Counted from the first letter of the stretch, positions 24,749 through 38,502 are shown. The stretch: 64,000 nt of DNA from Podarcis cretensis (GCA_951804945.1 OX638158.1:37324001-37388000), one strand, 5' to 3'. Made by a program: numbers and translations. Notes: generated from the sequence alone by a model not told the origin.

Positions 24749-25629
24749 TATATCTTAGCTTTTGTTGTTAACACTGTAACAAAACAAAAAATAAGTTTTT
24801 ACTTCTTAGTCTCAGGGTGCGAACTAATGCACACTTACTGTATGTGAGCATAAGCTCCATTGAAATTAATAGAACTTTTCTCTGAGTAGACAAGAACTGT
24901 TTGAAACTGTTTGAGGACTCTTTGAGACTGGCCTGGGAAGTAAATATCCTGTTGATGTAACTTAAGAAATAGCAATGGATCTGGGTATTCTAAAAATAAT
25001 GAACACTTCTGCTATACTGAATCTACAGTCCTAAACTCATTAGGGAATGAGCCCCATAGAACATAGTGAGACTTATTTTGAGTAAACATATTTACCGTAG
25101 ATTGTGCTGCTGTTCAGACTTGCAGCCTGATCCTTTATAGAAGTAATAGTCAATTCCTGACATTTAACAGTGTCCATCCATCAGTGAACGAGTTCCCCTT
25201 CCCCTCCTCTCACCTTCTGCTAAAGCTTATTTCTCTAGACAAAACCATTGTCTGAAAAATAATTCATAGCCTGAAATACTGAAGTTTCATTTTAAACTTC
25301 ATGGACATCAGAAACAGGTTTATATGAATTGAAACAGGTTTTCCACAATTAATGTCCCTTGCTTTTGTGTGGGTAGTTTTCAGACATTCATGTCCCTTGA
25401 TTCAGAAGATGGAGGAAGCAAGAGAATTCAGACCACGTTGTCTAAACATTGCAGGAGTGATGTGCTTGGCAGATTCCCAGATCACAATTCTGTACCAAAT
25501 AGCTGAAGATATTCTGTATTTTTTGATACCAATCCAAGGTTACTTGTTTAGTAATAGAGCCAAACACAATCTCACTCTTATCAACACTATCATTACTATA
25601 TTTGCATCTTGTAGTGAACTGATTTGTAG

Positions 25630-26780
25630 TGGCATGAAATTGCTGCAGAGCAAGGTTATCTGGAGTTTTGGAGTATGTTGTCAGCAACGTTCTGATGACA
25701 CACAGATCTACTCCTCCTTACTGCAGGTGTAGCAGTGGAAGTGCTGGACCAGTGTCTTGTCTCGGTATTGGACTGGATGACAGCCAACAAACTGAGTCAC
25801 AATCCAGACAAGACTGAGGCACTGTTAGTGGGTGCTTCCCTAGACCAGATGGATAGGATGTTGCCTGCTCTTGATGGGGTTGGTTATACCTCCTCTAAAA
25901 GAGGGGGTACGTAGCTTTGGGGGTACTCCTGGATCCTTTGCTCCTATCTGGACAGGGATAGCCTAAATTCTGTTGATTAGTTTCTGGGCCCAGTTCAAAG
26001 TGTTGGTTTTGATCTATAAAGCCTTAAACAGCTCAGGACCACCTCTCCCCATATGAACGGATCCAGACCCTGCAATCATCATGTGAGGCTATTTTGTGTG
26101 TGCCTCTTCCACAAGAGGATGGCAACAGGAGAACAGGTCTTTTCTGCGGTGACTCCCTGTTTGTGGAATTCCCTCCCAAGAGGCGCTTGCCTCCATTGCA
26201 GGGGCTTGGACTAGATTACCCTTGGGGTAATGTTAGAAACTGAAATAGAAAAGCTAGGAGCCAAATGGCTTCTGAGACCTGGGCTGTGGGTGCCAAAACA
26301 GAATGTCTAGTTGACACTTGGGGGTGACAACACTTTTTATTATTTTGATAAGCAGGAACTAATACACAATTCACATAAGTGACACATTTTTAGCAGAAAT
26401 TGTTAATACAATTTGGTGTTTACAATAAAAATATTGGTACCATACTTCAGTTTTCAAAGCACTCTGCTCCTTAACATATTGTCTATTCTTAACATATACT
26501 TCAAGGCTTCAAAGCACATACATTTCAGTAATCCTTGAGTGTCAGCCAGTCGCAAAAAATGGCACTCAGACTTTTTGAGGTGCTCGCAAATGGAGAACCT
26601 TTAGGTGTAAAATGCGCCTAGCACCCTGCTGATTTTGAATCCTGCCTTGGGGTCCTTTCCAACTCTATGATTTGTATATCTTTTGGTGCCAGGCAAAACA
26701 TTTGGAAGTGGGGTTATTGGTTGTGTTTTGTTTTATTATGTATTTTGTATTTTTATGTTGTGAACTGCCGTGTGATCTTT
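25630..26780 (+). mobile_element. Degraded L2-type LINE 3' fragment with nested insertions
   Basis: Decayed RT motif (SDDTQIY, cf. YADDTQLY), NPDKTE motif, L2-like 3' UTR. Confidence 0.7.
26228..26644 (-). mobile_element. hAT-type element, inverted copy of 20162-20774
   Basis: 8-bp TSD CCTTGGGG; colinear reverse-complement similarity. Confidence 0.88.
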
Positions 26781-27149
26781 CCTGGTTATTTATTTTTCCT
26801 GCTGATAGAGACATCACAACACGATAGAATGATACTGCACTTCAACCTCATCTAAATATAGCAATATGAAACTAAATTTACTAAGTGATAGCTGGACCTG
26901 TTTGCTTACATAATGGAATATAGGAAGGGGAAGTGTTTGCAGTTCTTGGTGCTGTGTTAATACAGTGTGCCTGCTTCTTCATTGATGTCTGAAAAGTTAG
27001 ATTCACCAGATGGGAAGTTAATATTCTGAGGGTTTGGTAAAATGTACTGGGAGGACAACAACTTGTATACTCCCTTTGTCCATGGATAGCTGCCCTCTTA
27101 GAGGAATAGTACGTGTGTGTGTTCCACTTTGGTTTTCTCTCTCTTTCAG

Positions 27150-27396
27150 GAAACCCAGCGCTTGCTGGCAGAACCTGTTCCTGGAATAAAAGCGGAACCA
27201 GATGAAAGCAACGCACGTTATTTTCATGTGGTCATTGCAGGCCCACAGGATTCTCCCTTTGAGGGTGGGACATTTAAACTTGAACTATTCCTTCCAGAAG
27301 AATATCCAATGGCAGCTCCGAAAGTACGTTTCATGACCAAAATTTATCATCCTAACGTAGACAAATTGGGAAGAATATGTTTAGATATTTTGAAAG
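27150..27396 (+). CDS. UBE2N: UBE2N exon 2 ([12 protein letters not shown]...[16 protein letters not shown]), includes catalytic Cys87
   Basis: tttcag acceptor, gtaagt donor, 247 nt, UBC-domain HPN...C motif. Confidence 0.99.
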
Positions 27397-27561
27397 GTAA
27401 GTATTTTGAAGCCATGATAAGCATGACATATCTTTCTCTTCCATGCATTTTTCAGATTATTAAAAGAGTTGAAAGAATATTTCATATTTCAGTTATCTTT
27501 TAAGGGCTGTGTGTTTTGTATTTGAAATGTTGCTTTAGTACTCTCTAACTTGCTTCCTCAG

Positions 27562-27702
27562 ACAAATGGTCTCCAGCTCTGCAGATCCGTACAGTTCTGC
27601 TATCAATCCAGGCTTTGTTAAGTGCTCCCAACCCAGATGATCCACTAGCAAATGATGTAGCTGAGCAGTGGAAGACCAATGAAGCCCAAGCCATAGAAAC
27701 AG
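27562..27702 (+). CDS. UBE2N: UBE2N exon 3 ([47 protein letters not shown])
   Basis: AG/GT boundaries, 141 nt, in frame. Confidence 0.99.
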
Positions 27703-28552
27703 GTAGTGTGCCCTTACTCTAGACTAAAGAAAATTGAGTTATGAATAAAATTCTTGTACTGCTTTTGATCCCAAATGCAGATACCTAAAGTATCTTACAA
27801 AAATAAATCTTTGTAAGAATCACTCCAAGTCATACATACAATAACTCAAATGCCGTAAATACAAAATACGTCCAGCCTTTTAAGTCTTGGGTACAAAAGA
27901 GATGAATTGTTAATGATGTGCATGCAATTTGTGCACATAGTTTTTGTTCTGTGAAGAAATTGCCATGGGGAGACTTCGCAAAGGGAAAAGGCACAGGGGA
28001 GGTTTAACAGTTTCTCTTCCTGTACAGTGCCAAGGAAAATTCCCTCTCCAAAGCTGCTATTTGCACTTCAAAGGTCACATCTTGGCCATGTAACTTGTGC
28101 AGTCTTGGAAGCCTACTTTCTAGTCTATGAGTGCGGGCGTCATCATGGGCTTATGGCCAAGTCTGACCTCTAGTTGACTTTTTCAGCTTTCTTGTATGAG
28201 TGTGTACATAGATTTATGTGTGGAAACTATCAAGCGAGAAACCTACTGGTTGATAAGTTGTCTCTTGTAAGCGGGTACTGCCTTTGATCTGATGTGCGTA
28301 AGAGTCACACAATCAATGTACCATATGTTGGTTGTGTCACATTATTGATGTGAATTTGTAAATGGCTCTATAGCTCTATAAAGATGAGGGTGCAAAACTA
28401 TGGAACATTTGGCACTTGATTCATTTTATTATATGTAGTCCTCAGGAATAGCCAGTATTCTAATGAGTTTTGGGCAAGAAAGGTGGGAGGGAGTAGCGAA
28501 TTCTGAAGTTAGATGCTTTGTTGTCTAATACATATTTCTTTTCTCTTTTCAG

Positions 28553-28593
28553 CCAGAGCATGGACTAGGCTATATGCCATGAATAATATTTAA
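28553..28593 (+). CDS. UBE2N: UBE2N exon 4 coding part (ARAWTRLYAMNNI*)
   Basis: ttttcag acceptor, TAA at 28591-28593. Total 459 nt = 152 aa. Confidence 0.99.
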
Positions 28594-28709
28594 AATGTGC
28601 TCTGAATCAGTGTGCATCACTTTTTCCTGTTCTGCCAAGACCTCTTCCTTTTTTTTTTTTTTTTTGTTTTGTTTGCATTTAATGGACACAGTCTTAGAAA
28701 ACATTACAG

Positions 28710-28715
28710 AATAAA
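28710..28715 (+). terminator. Proximal AATAAA in the UBE2N 3' UTR
   Basis: Canonical hexamer about 115 nt after the stop codon. Confidence 0.5.
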
Positions 28716-29155
28716 ACCCAGACATCAGTTCTTTGGTGATTTAAATGCATACTAGCAAATCTGTGTCTTGTCCTAATTCACTCCTGTTCCGCATGAGCAG
28801 AGGCTAGAAGTATCATCGGGATTGTTTGTGAAATTGTTTAAAAGCAGTAGCACATCTCTGCTTTTAATAAGTTTTCCCCATCATGAGTTAAGTGTAAGCA
28901 CTGTGAATGAAAGTAGTCAGGGTTAGCTGCAGGGATTTTTGTTCTAATTGTGTGGGCTCTTCCTCCCTTTTTTATGGTGATGCTAATTGTATCGGTTAAA
29001 GCAGCTAACCAGTTATACTCTAGAATATGCCCTCTAGCCAAGTCTAACTTAGACGCTGTAGATGGACAAGCTTGGCTGTTTGAACAAAAATGGGAACATT
29101 AAACATCCATCACTAATAATATTGTGATTCTGCTGTCAAGTGTAAAAACCCTCCC

Positions 29156-29284
29156 NNNNNNNNNNNNNNNNNNNNNNNNNNNNNNNNNNNNNNNNNNNNN
29201 NNNNNNNNNNNNNNNNNNNNNNNNNNNNNNNNNNNNNNNNNNNNNNNNNNNNNNNNNNNNNNNNNNNNNNNNNNNNNNNNNNNN
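29156..29284. other. Assembly gap (129 N)
   Basis: Run of N. Confidence 1.
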
Positions 29285-32200
29285 CTTTTGTTCACTTTTC
29301 AATTGTGACAATCATTTTTTTTTAATGAAGCCAGATTAGAACACTTTGATTTTCATCAACCTAACAGCTGTAGTGAAATATTGGATTCCCCCCTCTCGAC
29401 CTGTATTCATAGGCCATGCCACATTAGTGTTCATAATATTTCTTTTGTTTTTAAAAAGCCTCTGATAAATGTAATTGTTATCAGAGTCGGTTAGATGCAT
29501 CATTAATGTGTTTGTACTTGCAAAGTTAAGTACCACTGAAGCAGGAAGCTCGCAAAACAAACAGTAATTTTGGGTGTATGTGTACCTTGTCTGTCTTGTG
29601 CTACGTATTATCCAGTATCAGAATACATTTTAAAATAACTTGGATCTTTAAAATAAACAAATAAATCCTCTGCATAAAATGAGATGTTAACAGTGCAGGT
29701 CAATTGGTTGCTAAGGTATTTACAATTAGGCTTCTTAGCTCTGGCTGTACCTGCAGTCTTTAAGCTACTACTTTCTTGACCCATTTCTTCATTTGAAGAT
29801 GGAAACTTCTTATTTCTTAAGATATAACGCAAAAATGTAAATAACTCATGGGAGCATATTTTGATCCCAACTTCTACCTTCTGTATTTCTTAAATTTTCT
29901 TTTCTTTTCTTACCCTACTTCTTTGCCTTGACCACCTTTCTGATATCTCTGCTTTCCATGTGGCCAGTGTAATGCCAGCTTGGCATGGGTAATGTCTGTC
30001 TTGCAGTTTGGGGGGTGGGGGGAAACAGTATTGAGGTCCATAATTTTCTGCCCATCATACCTATTCTAGCATCATCTGGGGTTTCTATAGAATGTGGTGT
30101 ATGTATTGTGCTCTTATGTAAGATAAAGAATATCTATTAAAATCACATTTTCAACAGACAAAAATGCTTTTACTGATGGTATTGTCAGAGTTGACTACAT
30201 TATAGCATGATAAAAGGCTGATAATCTGCTTCAACAGGAGAGAGAGACCATCTCAAAAATTGTTTCTAGTTGAAATTCTTTTTTAGATTGTTTCTGGGCT
30301 TCTAGCTAGTCCTTGTCAACTACCAATGAATAGCACCACTGTCTGCCATAGTAGAGAACTGATTGTGTTATTCTTCTCTAACACTTGACGAGCGTTTAAG
30401 TTCTCATATGTCAATGACTAGTATGAACATAACCACATGCATAGTGATATAATCTCTGACTACTCAAAAACAAGTCCCACTCAGTTTAATAAAAGTTATA
30501 TTGAAAAAAATGCTTATGTTTGCAGTTGTAGTAGTTTTTTAAAGAAAGAAACTTGAATACCTGCATAGCAAATGGCTTTAAAATGCTGCTACCATGATAT
30601 TATTTTTAAAAAGACCAGACAGCGTAAGCTCTGGCTCTCTGTATGTCACACTCTGGAATAAAACCAATGGAAAAAATACCATAAAACCTGTTAAAAATGG
30701 TACACAGTAGCTGAAGTCAAGTACTATACGGTTGGAATGTTAATTAATGTTCAAACATAGGGCATAATTTAGCAAGAGCTATACAAATTTCAGTGGGTTA
30801 CAGCTTAATCCTAAATATTTTTATTTGCTGTAAATCCCACTGAATTCAATTCTGCATGAGTGCACATAGGATTGTAGCTTTGAACACATGCTATATTTCT
30901 CCTATTGAAATAAATGGGCATGGGAGGCGCTTAACTTTGGACTGTGTCCTTTCCAGCCCTGCATATGTGGTAAATGTCTTTAAATGTGTACAAATAACTG
31001 TTGAATCTATGCTGTGCACTAGAGAGGTGTGTACACTCAAATTTGAGGATTTCTCATCAGTTGCCCATGGAACTGTGTTGAAACACCTTGTGTTGAAATA
31101 TTACTAAGTTTAAAATAGGGAGTTGGTGCAAAGCAGATGTATATGCATTTGTAAACTAGGCATACTATATTTTTTCCATGTGTGCATTGAAAAACAGCTC
31201 TTGTGCCAAAACTTGGGAGTTTCGGCATTCCTTTAGGACTGCAGTTAAGTTCTGTGTTCTGGCTCTAAATGTTGAGAGCAGTAATTAAAGTAACTACATG
31301 GGTTGGTTTTGAATTTCCATTTTCCACCTGAATCTTTCTCCCAATGAAGTGTAAACATTATGAACTAGACTTTTATCCCTAAAAAAAAAAAAAGGTCAAG
31401 GAATGTGGCTGAAGAGTCACTGAAGGTACTTGAATCTGTGTTTGATTGAACTAACAACTTTTATCTGTAAAGGAGTTCTAAAAAGACTATCAACAATAAA
31501 TAGGTCATCTTGTTCGGTACATCTCAGCTGGTTGGAATTGTCCCACTGTATGATACTAATAAACCAAGTAGAATTATTTACGTATGTTTGCTTTATGATA
31601 GGGCTAGGTAGAAAGATGGGGTTCCTTTACTGAATTACAGTACAGGTGTTTCATATTAATCTTGGTGCTAATAAATATTCAGGCCAGTTATCTGGCGTGT
31701 GTACTGATGTATGAAGCCTTGGCTTAAATCAAAACCATGTTCACGATAAATCTTTTTCCTTTAGCTGATAAAAATATAGTTCTTGTGTGTGTTCTTGAAA
31801 GAAGGAAGACCCCAGTGACAAATAAATCCATGCTTTGCATGGGTAGTTTTACAAGAGTAAACATACTGAATATCAAGTGTAATTATGGCCTAAAATAATG
31901 TGGATGTTATGCTTTTAAATGAAGCATATGCCCAGCAAATTATGGTTACTGTAAAATCTTCAGGTCTAATACGGTTAGAAATCATGTATATCTGAGTGTA
32001 ATGTACATTCCTCCTATGTTCAGGATTATTTTTTAAATGCCTGATAGGTTCTGTTTAACATCTTCTGACTGTAATGTTATGACACTGAATAAAAGGAAGA
32101 GTGATTATTCATTATACAGTGAGCTTCTCATTTTAAAGATTGGTATTCGCACAGTAAATTTTCAAGCATATTTGTACAATGGGGGGGAAAAGCAAGTTAC

Positions 32201-35200
32201 CAAATAAGCTCTCCCCTCGCGAGAAAAACTTTCCATGTGACAAGAAAGAAGTCCTATCCTTTTCAGAAAGCACACTGGTTCATATTGAAGTTTTAGTGGC
32301 CCAAAAATGTTCCCCTATTTTGTTTAGGATACTTCTATTGTGCCATCAGCAAAGTTTAAAATCAAGTGCACCTAAGTACAAATACAGAAATGCAAGCTAG
32401 AAGTGCAAAATTAAAGTTACCTCAAAAAAGTACATAAATTTAAGCTGAACAATAACAAATCCTGAGACCCCACGAAGTTCTTTGCTTTGTAACAGAAATC
32501 CACCAGAGTGGGTGCCAGCTGAGGCGCTGGGGGGACAGCATTCCAAAGTTGGCATGATGGGAAAGTGCCTCTTTCCCTATAGCCATCTGCTGCACGTCAT
32601 GTGTTGGGAGTACAGAAGGTCTCTAAGAAAGGATTTGTTTGGTGCATTAAGATTCAGGAAAATGGAGAGCCTACTAGATCTTGGGAGTCCCTATTGACTA
32701 TGCAGGATACAGCCAATGGAAGTTGGAGTCAAGTAATAAGTGGAGAGCAGCAGATTAGCCCTACCAGGTTGCAAGCCATAATGTAAAAGCTTTTTTTAAA
32801 GTCAAAACTTGGACTTGCAAATAAACCCAGAGCTAGTGCTCTTGCACAACGGTTAATGTGCATACTGCTCAGTCTTCGCAATCTTTCACAGCTGTGTTCT
32901 AAACTCTGTAAGTTTCCCGATTATTTTTAAAGCTGAAGCTCAAGTATAATAGTCATTTAATTTTGAAGGTTACCAAAGCATGGGTAGCTGTTCAGATAGG
33001 GTCATAGCTGACATACCAACTGAAGTTGGCCACCTCAGTCTCTACTGGCAAAGCTTGAGCCAGGATCACCCCTTGGTCCTTCAGGTTTAGTACAACCCTA
33101 TCCAGAAGAACAGAAGCTCTATTTTCTGGTATTGTGACTGGATTGTGAAACTATTCCATTTAACAGCAACGTTGCTGGTCAAATGTCTTAGGAGTGACAT
33201 GAGTATATAGAAATTGTTTATAAATTAAAAGACAAATATACACTCACCTTATTGTCTCAGTGGACTCCCAGTACCTGTGGGAGATTAAAATTGTAGAGTA
33301 ACTCAACTCATTGCCTAGTGAGGGAAAGTTACAGGCTCACATAAGGGGCCAAGCACACTTCTGCTGTGCAGTTGCAGATACTTGCTTTTCTCCATTGTTT
33401 CCTTTCACACAGGAGGGGGAAAGTTCAGTGGAATGCTGAATGTATTAATTGGGAGATGTGGGAATGTCCTTGAGAGGAGTATGTGGGGTGGGCATCCATG
33501 CCGTGGTTTAAACATATTTGTTATTAACCCCTCCCCCTTTACTGGATAACATGCTTGTTCAGAGCTGCTAAGCAGTCCTTGTTCTTTAAATCTGCTAACT
33601 GCAGATTTAGCAGAATGAGGTAATGTATCAGGAGTGTAGAGAAGGGGGTGGGGAGGCATTCTCTGTGAGCCATGCATAGTGCTACAAGGTAAAGTGTGGT
33701 CCAGACTTATACAAGGCTTTGCTTCCACACTGGCTGGATCACTGAACAGACGCATTTGGGATAGACAATAACATGCTGTTGTGCATCCTAACATGTCAGA
33801 GGAAGCAGAGCAGAGAAGCGAGAGCAGGAGGTGGGGAGAAGTTACTAAATTGCTCAAACCCCAGGTAGAAGTTTGCCATTTCAATGAAGATCGAGCCCTT
33901 CTCCCCCTAGTGGAGTGTTCATTGTTCTGAAAGGGATAGCCTCATACCCAGCAAGTGCAGCGGGTAGGGTTAAAGTAGACCAGGAGCAAAGAGATGGGGG
34001 CCTGAAATAACTGCCCCTTCAGGTACAAGAACAAGTATAGCATTTCCACGTGACATCACTGCAGGTCACTTGAGAGTTTATAGCATGTAGCTGATGTCAG
34101 AAATGGGTGTGAGAAGCAGGAAGTGAGCCTAACCACGAAGCAATATTTGTAAGCAAAATTCTCAAGTTTGTGGACACATCCACAAAATGAAACAACAGTC
34201 AGGGACATGGGAGGCAAGCAAGAGCATTTCTTCTTGAGTAGCTTGGGCATACAGGCAATAGGCAGCAATTCTGTATAGGTTTATCTGAAAGTAAATCCCA
34301 CTGAATGCCATGGGGTTCTTGGGGTGCAAAGCATGTTGTGTACCACTAAGATGTGGTCCCTGCCCTCAACTACAAGCACAGAAAAACTTCCAGGCCACAG
34401 AAGGAGGTGAAAGTCACTCATGTTTTTTAAGTTTTCCAACACTGTTTTCTACTACAGACTTTGCAATACACTTGATTTGAATGAGCCACTCTCAAAACAC
34501 ATGTTGAGTTGGAGACCACTGTTCCCAATACTTAAATCTGAATTTTATTGCTACATAAAGAAGCTACAGTCTTTGCAGATTGTGTTTCAATTTTTTTTTT
34601 ATTTTGGAGGATCATTTCAGATATAAAAAGTCAAAATTCTTACATCAATCTTTAAAAGAAAGCCATGCACACAGCTCAAAATGTTTACAACTTAACTTGT
34701 AGTTTTCCTTCAAATGTTTTACTTCTCAGAAGCATGTTGAGCATTTGTTCCAACATTTTGACAGTAGCCCTGGTTAGTCTGCAATAAGCACTCAGGATGA
34801 TATTTTTACTTTTAATAGCCTCTATAACCTACATAAATACTCTTGCAATGTTGGTATGGCATGTTCCCAATTAACTATTCACTGTAACAAACTCCCACTG
34901 TATTAAGTCAAGACCTGCCTATACTTCTCTGGTAATGACCTTCTGACTTTGCAAACCATGTCTTAAGATACTGAAGACATGGACTGCCCTGTGGAATCTG
35001 GTCCTAGTCAACTTTTATTTCCCTGCCTTGTGAAGCCAGCTACAGGTTCAAAGGTCACTTAGGGGGAACACTGGCCTAGTTCCACAAGAATGCTTCACTA
35101 TATACTAATCCCTCAGCATTTTAATGTCAACCCTGAACTCCTTATTGGAGTTATTTGACTATGGTTTAATCTTGACAGAAGAGGTCTTAGCTGTTATTTG

Positions 35201-37388
35201 ACACATTCATGCTGTCCGGTCTGTTCTTCCAAATGACAGAAATAGACAATATTTCTGTGTTCACTTGTCTATAAGTGAAAATGCAACAATGGCAGCTAAA
35301 TAATACAGTGGACCTCTTGTCATTCCAGTGCTATGTTGCAAGACAGACTTTAGAAGTCAGTATGAATAAGGGGCTTTATCTGAAGTTGCATAGGCAGAAG
35401 AGATCTGTACACCAATATATTTAAAACTGTATGTGGCACAGCAGCCTGGAGTATTTATAAGCCATCACCTTTGATTTGGTTAGCACTGACAACTGTACAT
35501 TTTTACATAACACATAAATGTTAGAAACCAAAGTATTCATGCATTACCAATATATAGCTTCTCTATGCTTGGCTTGGTTTTATGTTCCAAAAGCAAAAGT
35601 TGAGATGAAAGCAGTTATAGTAACCAAAAACTAATTAAAATTGCTCTTACTTCCATCACTGTGATGAACAAGAGACATTTCTTATATTATCATCATCATG
35701 TGGTTAGTGATAACTGAATAAGAGTGTGGGGTTGAAGTGCTGACTTAGGAATCAGGAAAAATGCATACTTGTTAACTAGCCATTTCCTTAATCCGATTAG
35801 TGTACAAAGTTTCACATTGATGGGTCTGCCACCAGTCTACTATGAATGTTCTTTTGACCATCTGAATCAGAATATGGAAAGTAAGGCTCTTCAAGCACAA
35901 AACTGATGACATCTACAGCTCCAACTCAGATTCTCTGAAGCCAGTAACTCCTGGAAGTTCTAACCTGAGCAAGATGTTGCAAGTCCATCTCCAGTTAATA
36001 GTACTTACTTATGGCTCTTGAAGCAACACTCACAACCAAACCTCTTACTGATGTTCCTTGCTTAAATGCATTTCTATGGCACTATGTGTGATTCCCACAT
36101 GTTTCTAGAAGGAAAGCATATGGCACCAATATTTTCCTTAAAAATTGTAACAGCACGTGGGTTAATTTATAGCAGCATTTTTACCCAATGTATTGGAAGT
36201 TAGTGTGTAAGTTTGCCACCTTTTTCTCAGACAGGATTCCTGTGCCTTTATCTGTTATGTGATGAGCAGGAACTCACTAGGTGAAGATTCAGTGAGTGAG
36301 CTATTAAAGTTTCTGCTGGTTACATAGCTATTAAGACACAGAAGTCCTACGTAGCAACCTACTGGTGTGAGCAACAGAGTATTTACATTACCTTTTCTTT
36401 CCACTTTACACTATACACCAGCTGGATTATTTACAGTGGGTTTATGTTAAATAGAAAGAATGAGAAGAGACAGTTTCATAATAGAGGTAGTTCTTTACCT
36501 CAACCACAGTAATGACTTGAGGGATCAAGGGAAAGTTCAGCGTACAGTAAATGCTTTTAGAGATTTCTGAAATTAGACTTCATATAATTTAGAGAATCTC
36601 TATAGCCATATTTTAGTTGCAAGCATTAAAACAGGATTAGAACCCCATTTAGTCTGCTTTTTTTCCTTAAAGCTCAGGACAGTTATCTTCCCAATAGTGA
36701 TCCAAATCATGTGTTTTGGAAACTGGCTGGAAGAAGCTGGGATGGTCCCCAGTAGTGAATCAACACCTGCTGGAATAGCAAAGAAAGCCAAGGCTGACTT
36801 TGGCAAGAGGAGAGCAAGCAGGTTAAGGGGTTGGCATGTTAGCATTTTTCTCGAATCTGCCTGTTTGGCTAATAATTGTAAGCAAGAGCAGTGTGGAGGA
36901 TTGGCAGAGGCAGACAAGCTGGCACTACTCTGGTTAGGATTTGTAAGTGAAATATTTGGGGAGGACACTTCTTGACATAGAAGGCACTTCTTTGTTGGTT
37001 TCTGCTGCCTTTTAACTTGTCCAACAAATTTTGTACTTAGGGAAATAAGGATGACTAAATTAAAAACAGTTTCCCCAAAACAGCATTTTTTGATTTTTAG
37101 GAAATTTAACAAAATTAAGCCAGACTCAAATGCCAAATTACAAATTCACTCCTGTTTTTTTTTTTATTCAGGTTTTAAAAAGCCACAAAGAGGACCATTT
37201 AAGGCATCTTTAAGAATTCCCTGTATGGCTTTGGTTTGTTGAAATATTAAACATTGCTAAAAAAGAAAGAAAGAATGTATATGTCTGAACATAAAGTGTT
37301 CACACACTCAATTTAAATGACTATACACATAGCACATGACCACTAACACATCTCCCCTTGTGATGGTGAACAAAAAAGTAGCTGAATT

Positions 37389-37591
37389 TTATCTTACAGT
37401 TGAGGGCAACCCAGAAGTCTGTGCAGGAGTAACATATAGAGAGTTGTTATCAGGATGGGAAGAAACCACAGAATTTCCATTGGTTGGTGAACATCCCAGT
37501 TTCAATTTTTCCAAGTACTCTGCATGTACTGGCTTGTGACACTGAAGGACCTTGATTGCATCTTCAACTTTAAACCACTCTCTTTTCCTTC
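37389..37591 (-). CDS. NUDT4: NUDT4 exon 5 coding part (RKREWFKVEDAIKVLQCHKPVHAEYLEKLKLGCSPTNGNS...LPSTVR*)
   Basis: ttgtag acceptor, TAA at 37391-37389. Total 543/546 nt = 180/181 aa. Confidence 0.97.
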
Positions 37592-38414
37592 CTACAACAT
37601 GAAAAGAATAAATGTTTCAAATAGTGGACATTTTGAACCTTACAATCTGTCAACTTAAAGTTGGCAAATGTGGCTGAAACATTCTAAAGAATCCCCCCAG
37701 AGATCCACCCACTATTTAAGGGCACTTAGTAGCGGCAAGCAGAATTGTGAAAAACAAGGGTATTAACTACAGACAGCCAAGATCTTCAACTCTGTTCATA
37801 AAATTCCTAAGTTGGTCTTATGATGTTAGGTGCTGAATAAGGATCATGAACATTTGGAGCTATAAATAAAGGCTTCTAATTACCACAGTTGGCTGAATGG
37901 TTCACTGTGAGACTAACAGGCTGGTGTCTACTTTTATTAATGTATTATGTTAATTATGTGCAAATTAACATGAAAGTTAGTTTGTCCATCTGTTCCCTTG
38001 CCAACAAGCAAATAGCCTGCTTTTTATCTACTATCTTACCCTGTTCTGATTCATTAGAAGTATATGGCATTCTGAATATTACTCATTATCCCAAGTTCTT
38101 TCAACCAATTAGTAGTTTAAAGTATTCGTAAAAACAGCATGCCATGGAGTGTCAAACTGGAATCAAACACAACATTTATCTACTTCCATAAATTATTTTA
38201 TTAATGCTATTAGAGCAGTGGCCAATTAGTGATAAAATAAAACGGTGCTGGCTGCTCTTGAGTTATCCTTTGAACCTTTTTAGTACACCTCTAACTTTAA
38301 TAACTTGCAGCATCATGCTTCTTGAACACCAGTTGTGTGAAAGCTGTCCTAAAAATAGCATGGTTCTGATACTGCATTACACACTTAGCACATGCAGGGT
38401 TGAAAATGTCTTGC

Positions 38415-38502
38415 CTATATTAACCGAATCCTCCCAGTCTTCCAGGATTTCAGTCACTGTAAGAACATAAACATAAGTCCTATGTTTCCGGTCTTGATTC
38501 TG
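38415..38502 (-). CDS. NUDT4: NUDT4 exon 4 ([Q]NQDRKHRTYVYVLTVTEILEDWEDSVNIG); alternative start at 38499
   Basis: AAG-CAG tandem acceptor gives 88 or 85 nt; a GC donor (G|GCAAGA) is required to keep frame. Confidence 0.95.

Noticed and set aside
27117-27503. 128-aa ORF as an intronless UBE2N retrocopy
   Set aside because: It is exon 2 read through its splice sites; all four exons and canonical introns are present.
36600-37136. 178-aa ORF downstream of the NUDT4 stop
   Set aside because: It lies in the probable 3' UTR and has no recognisable domain.
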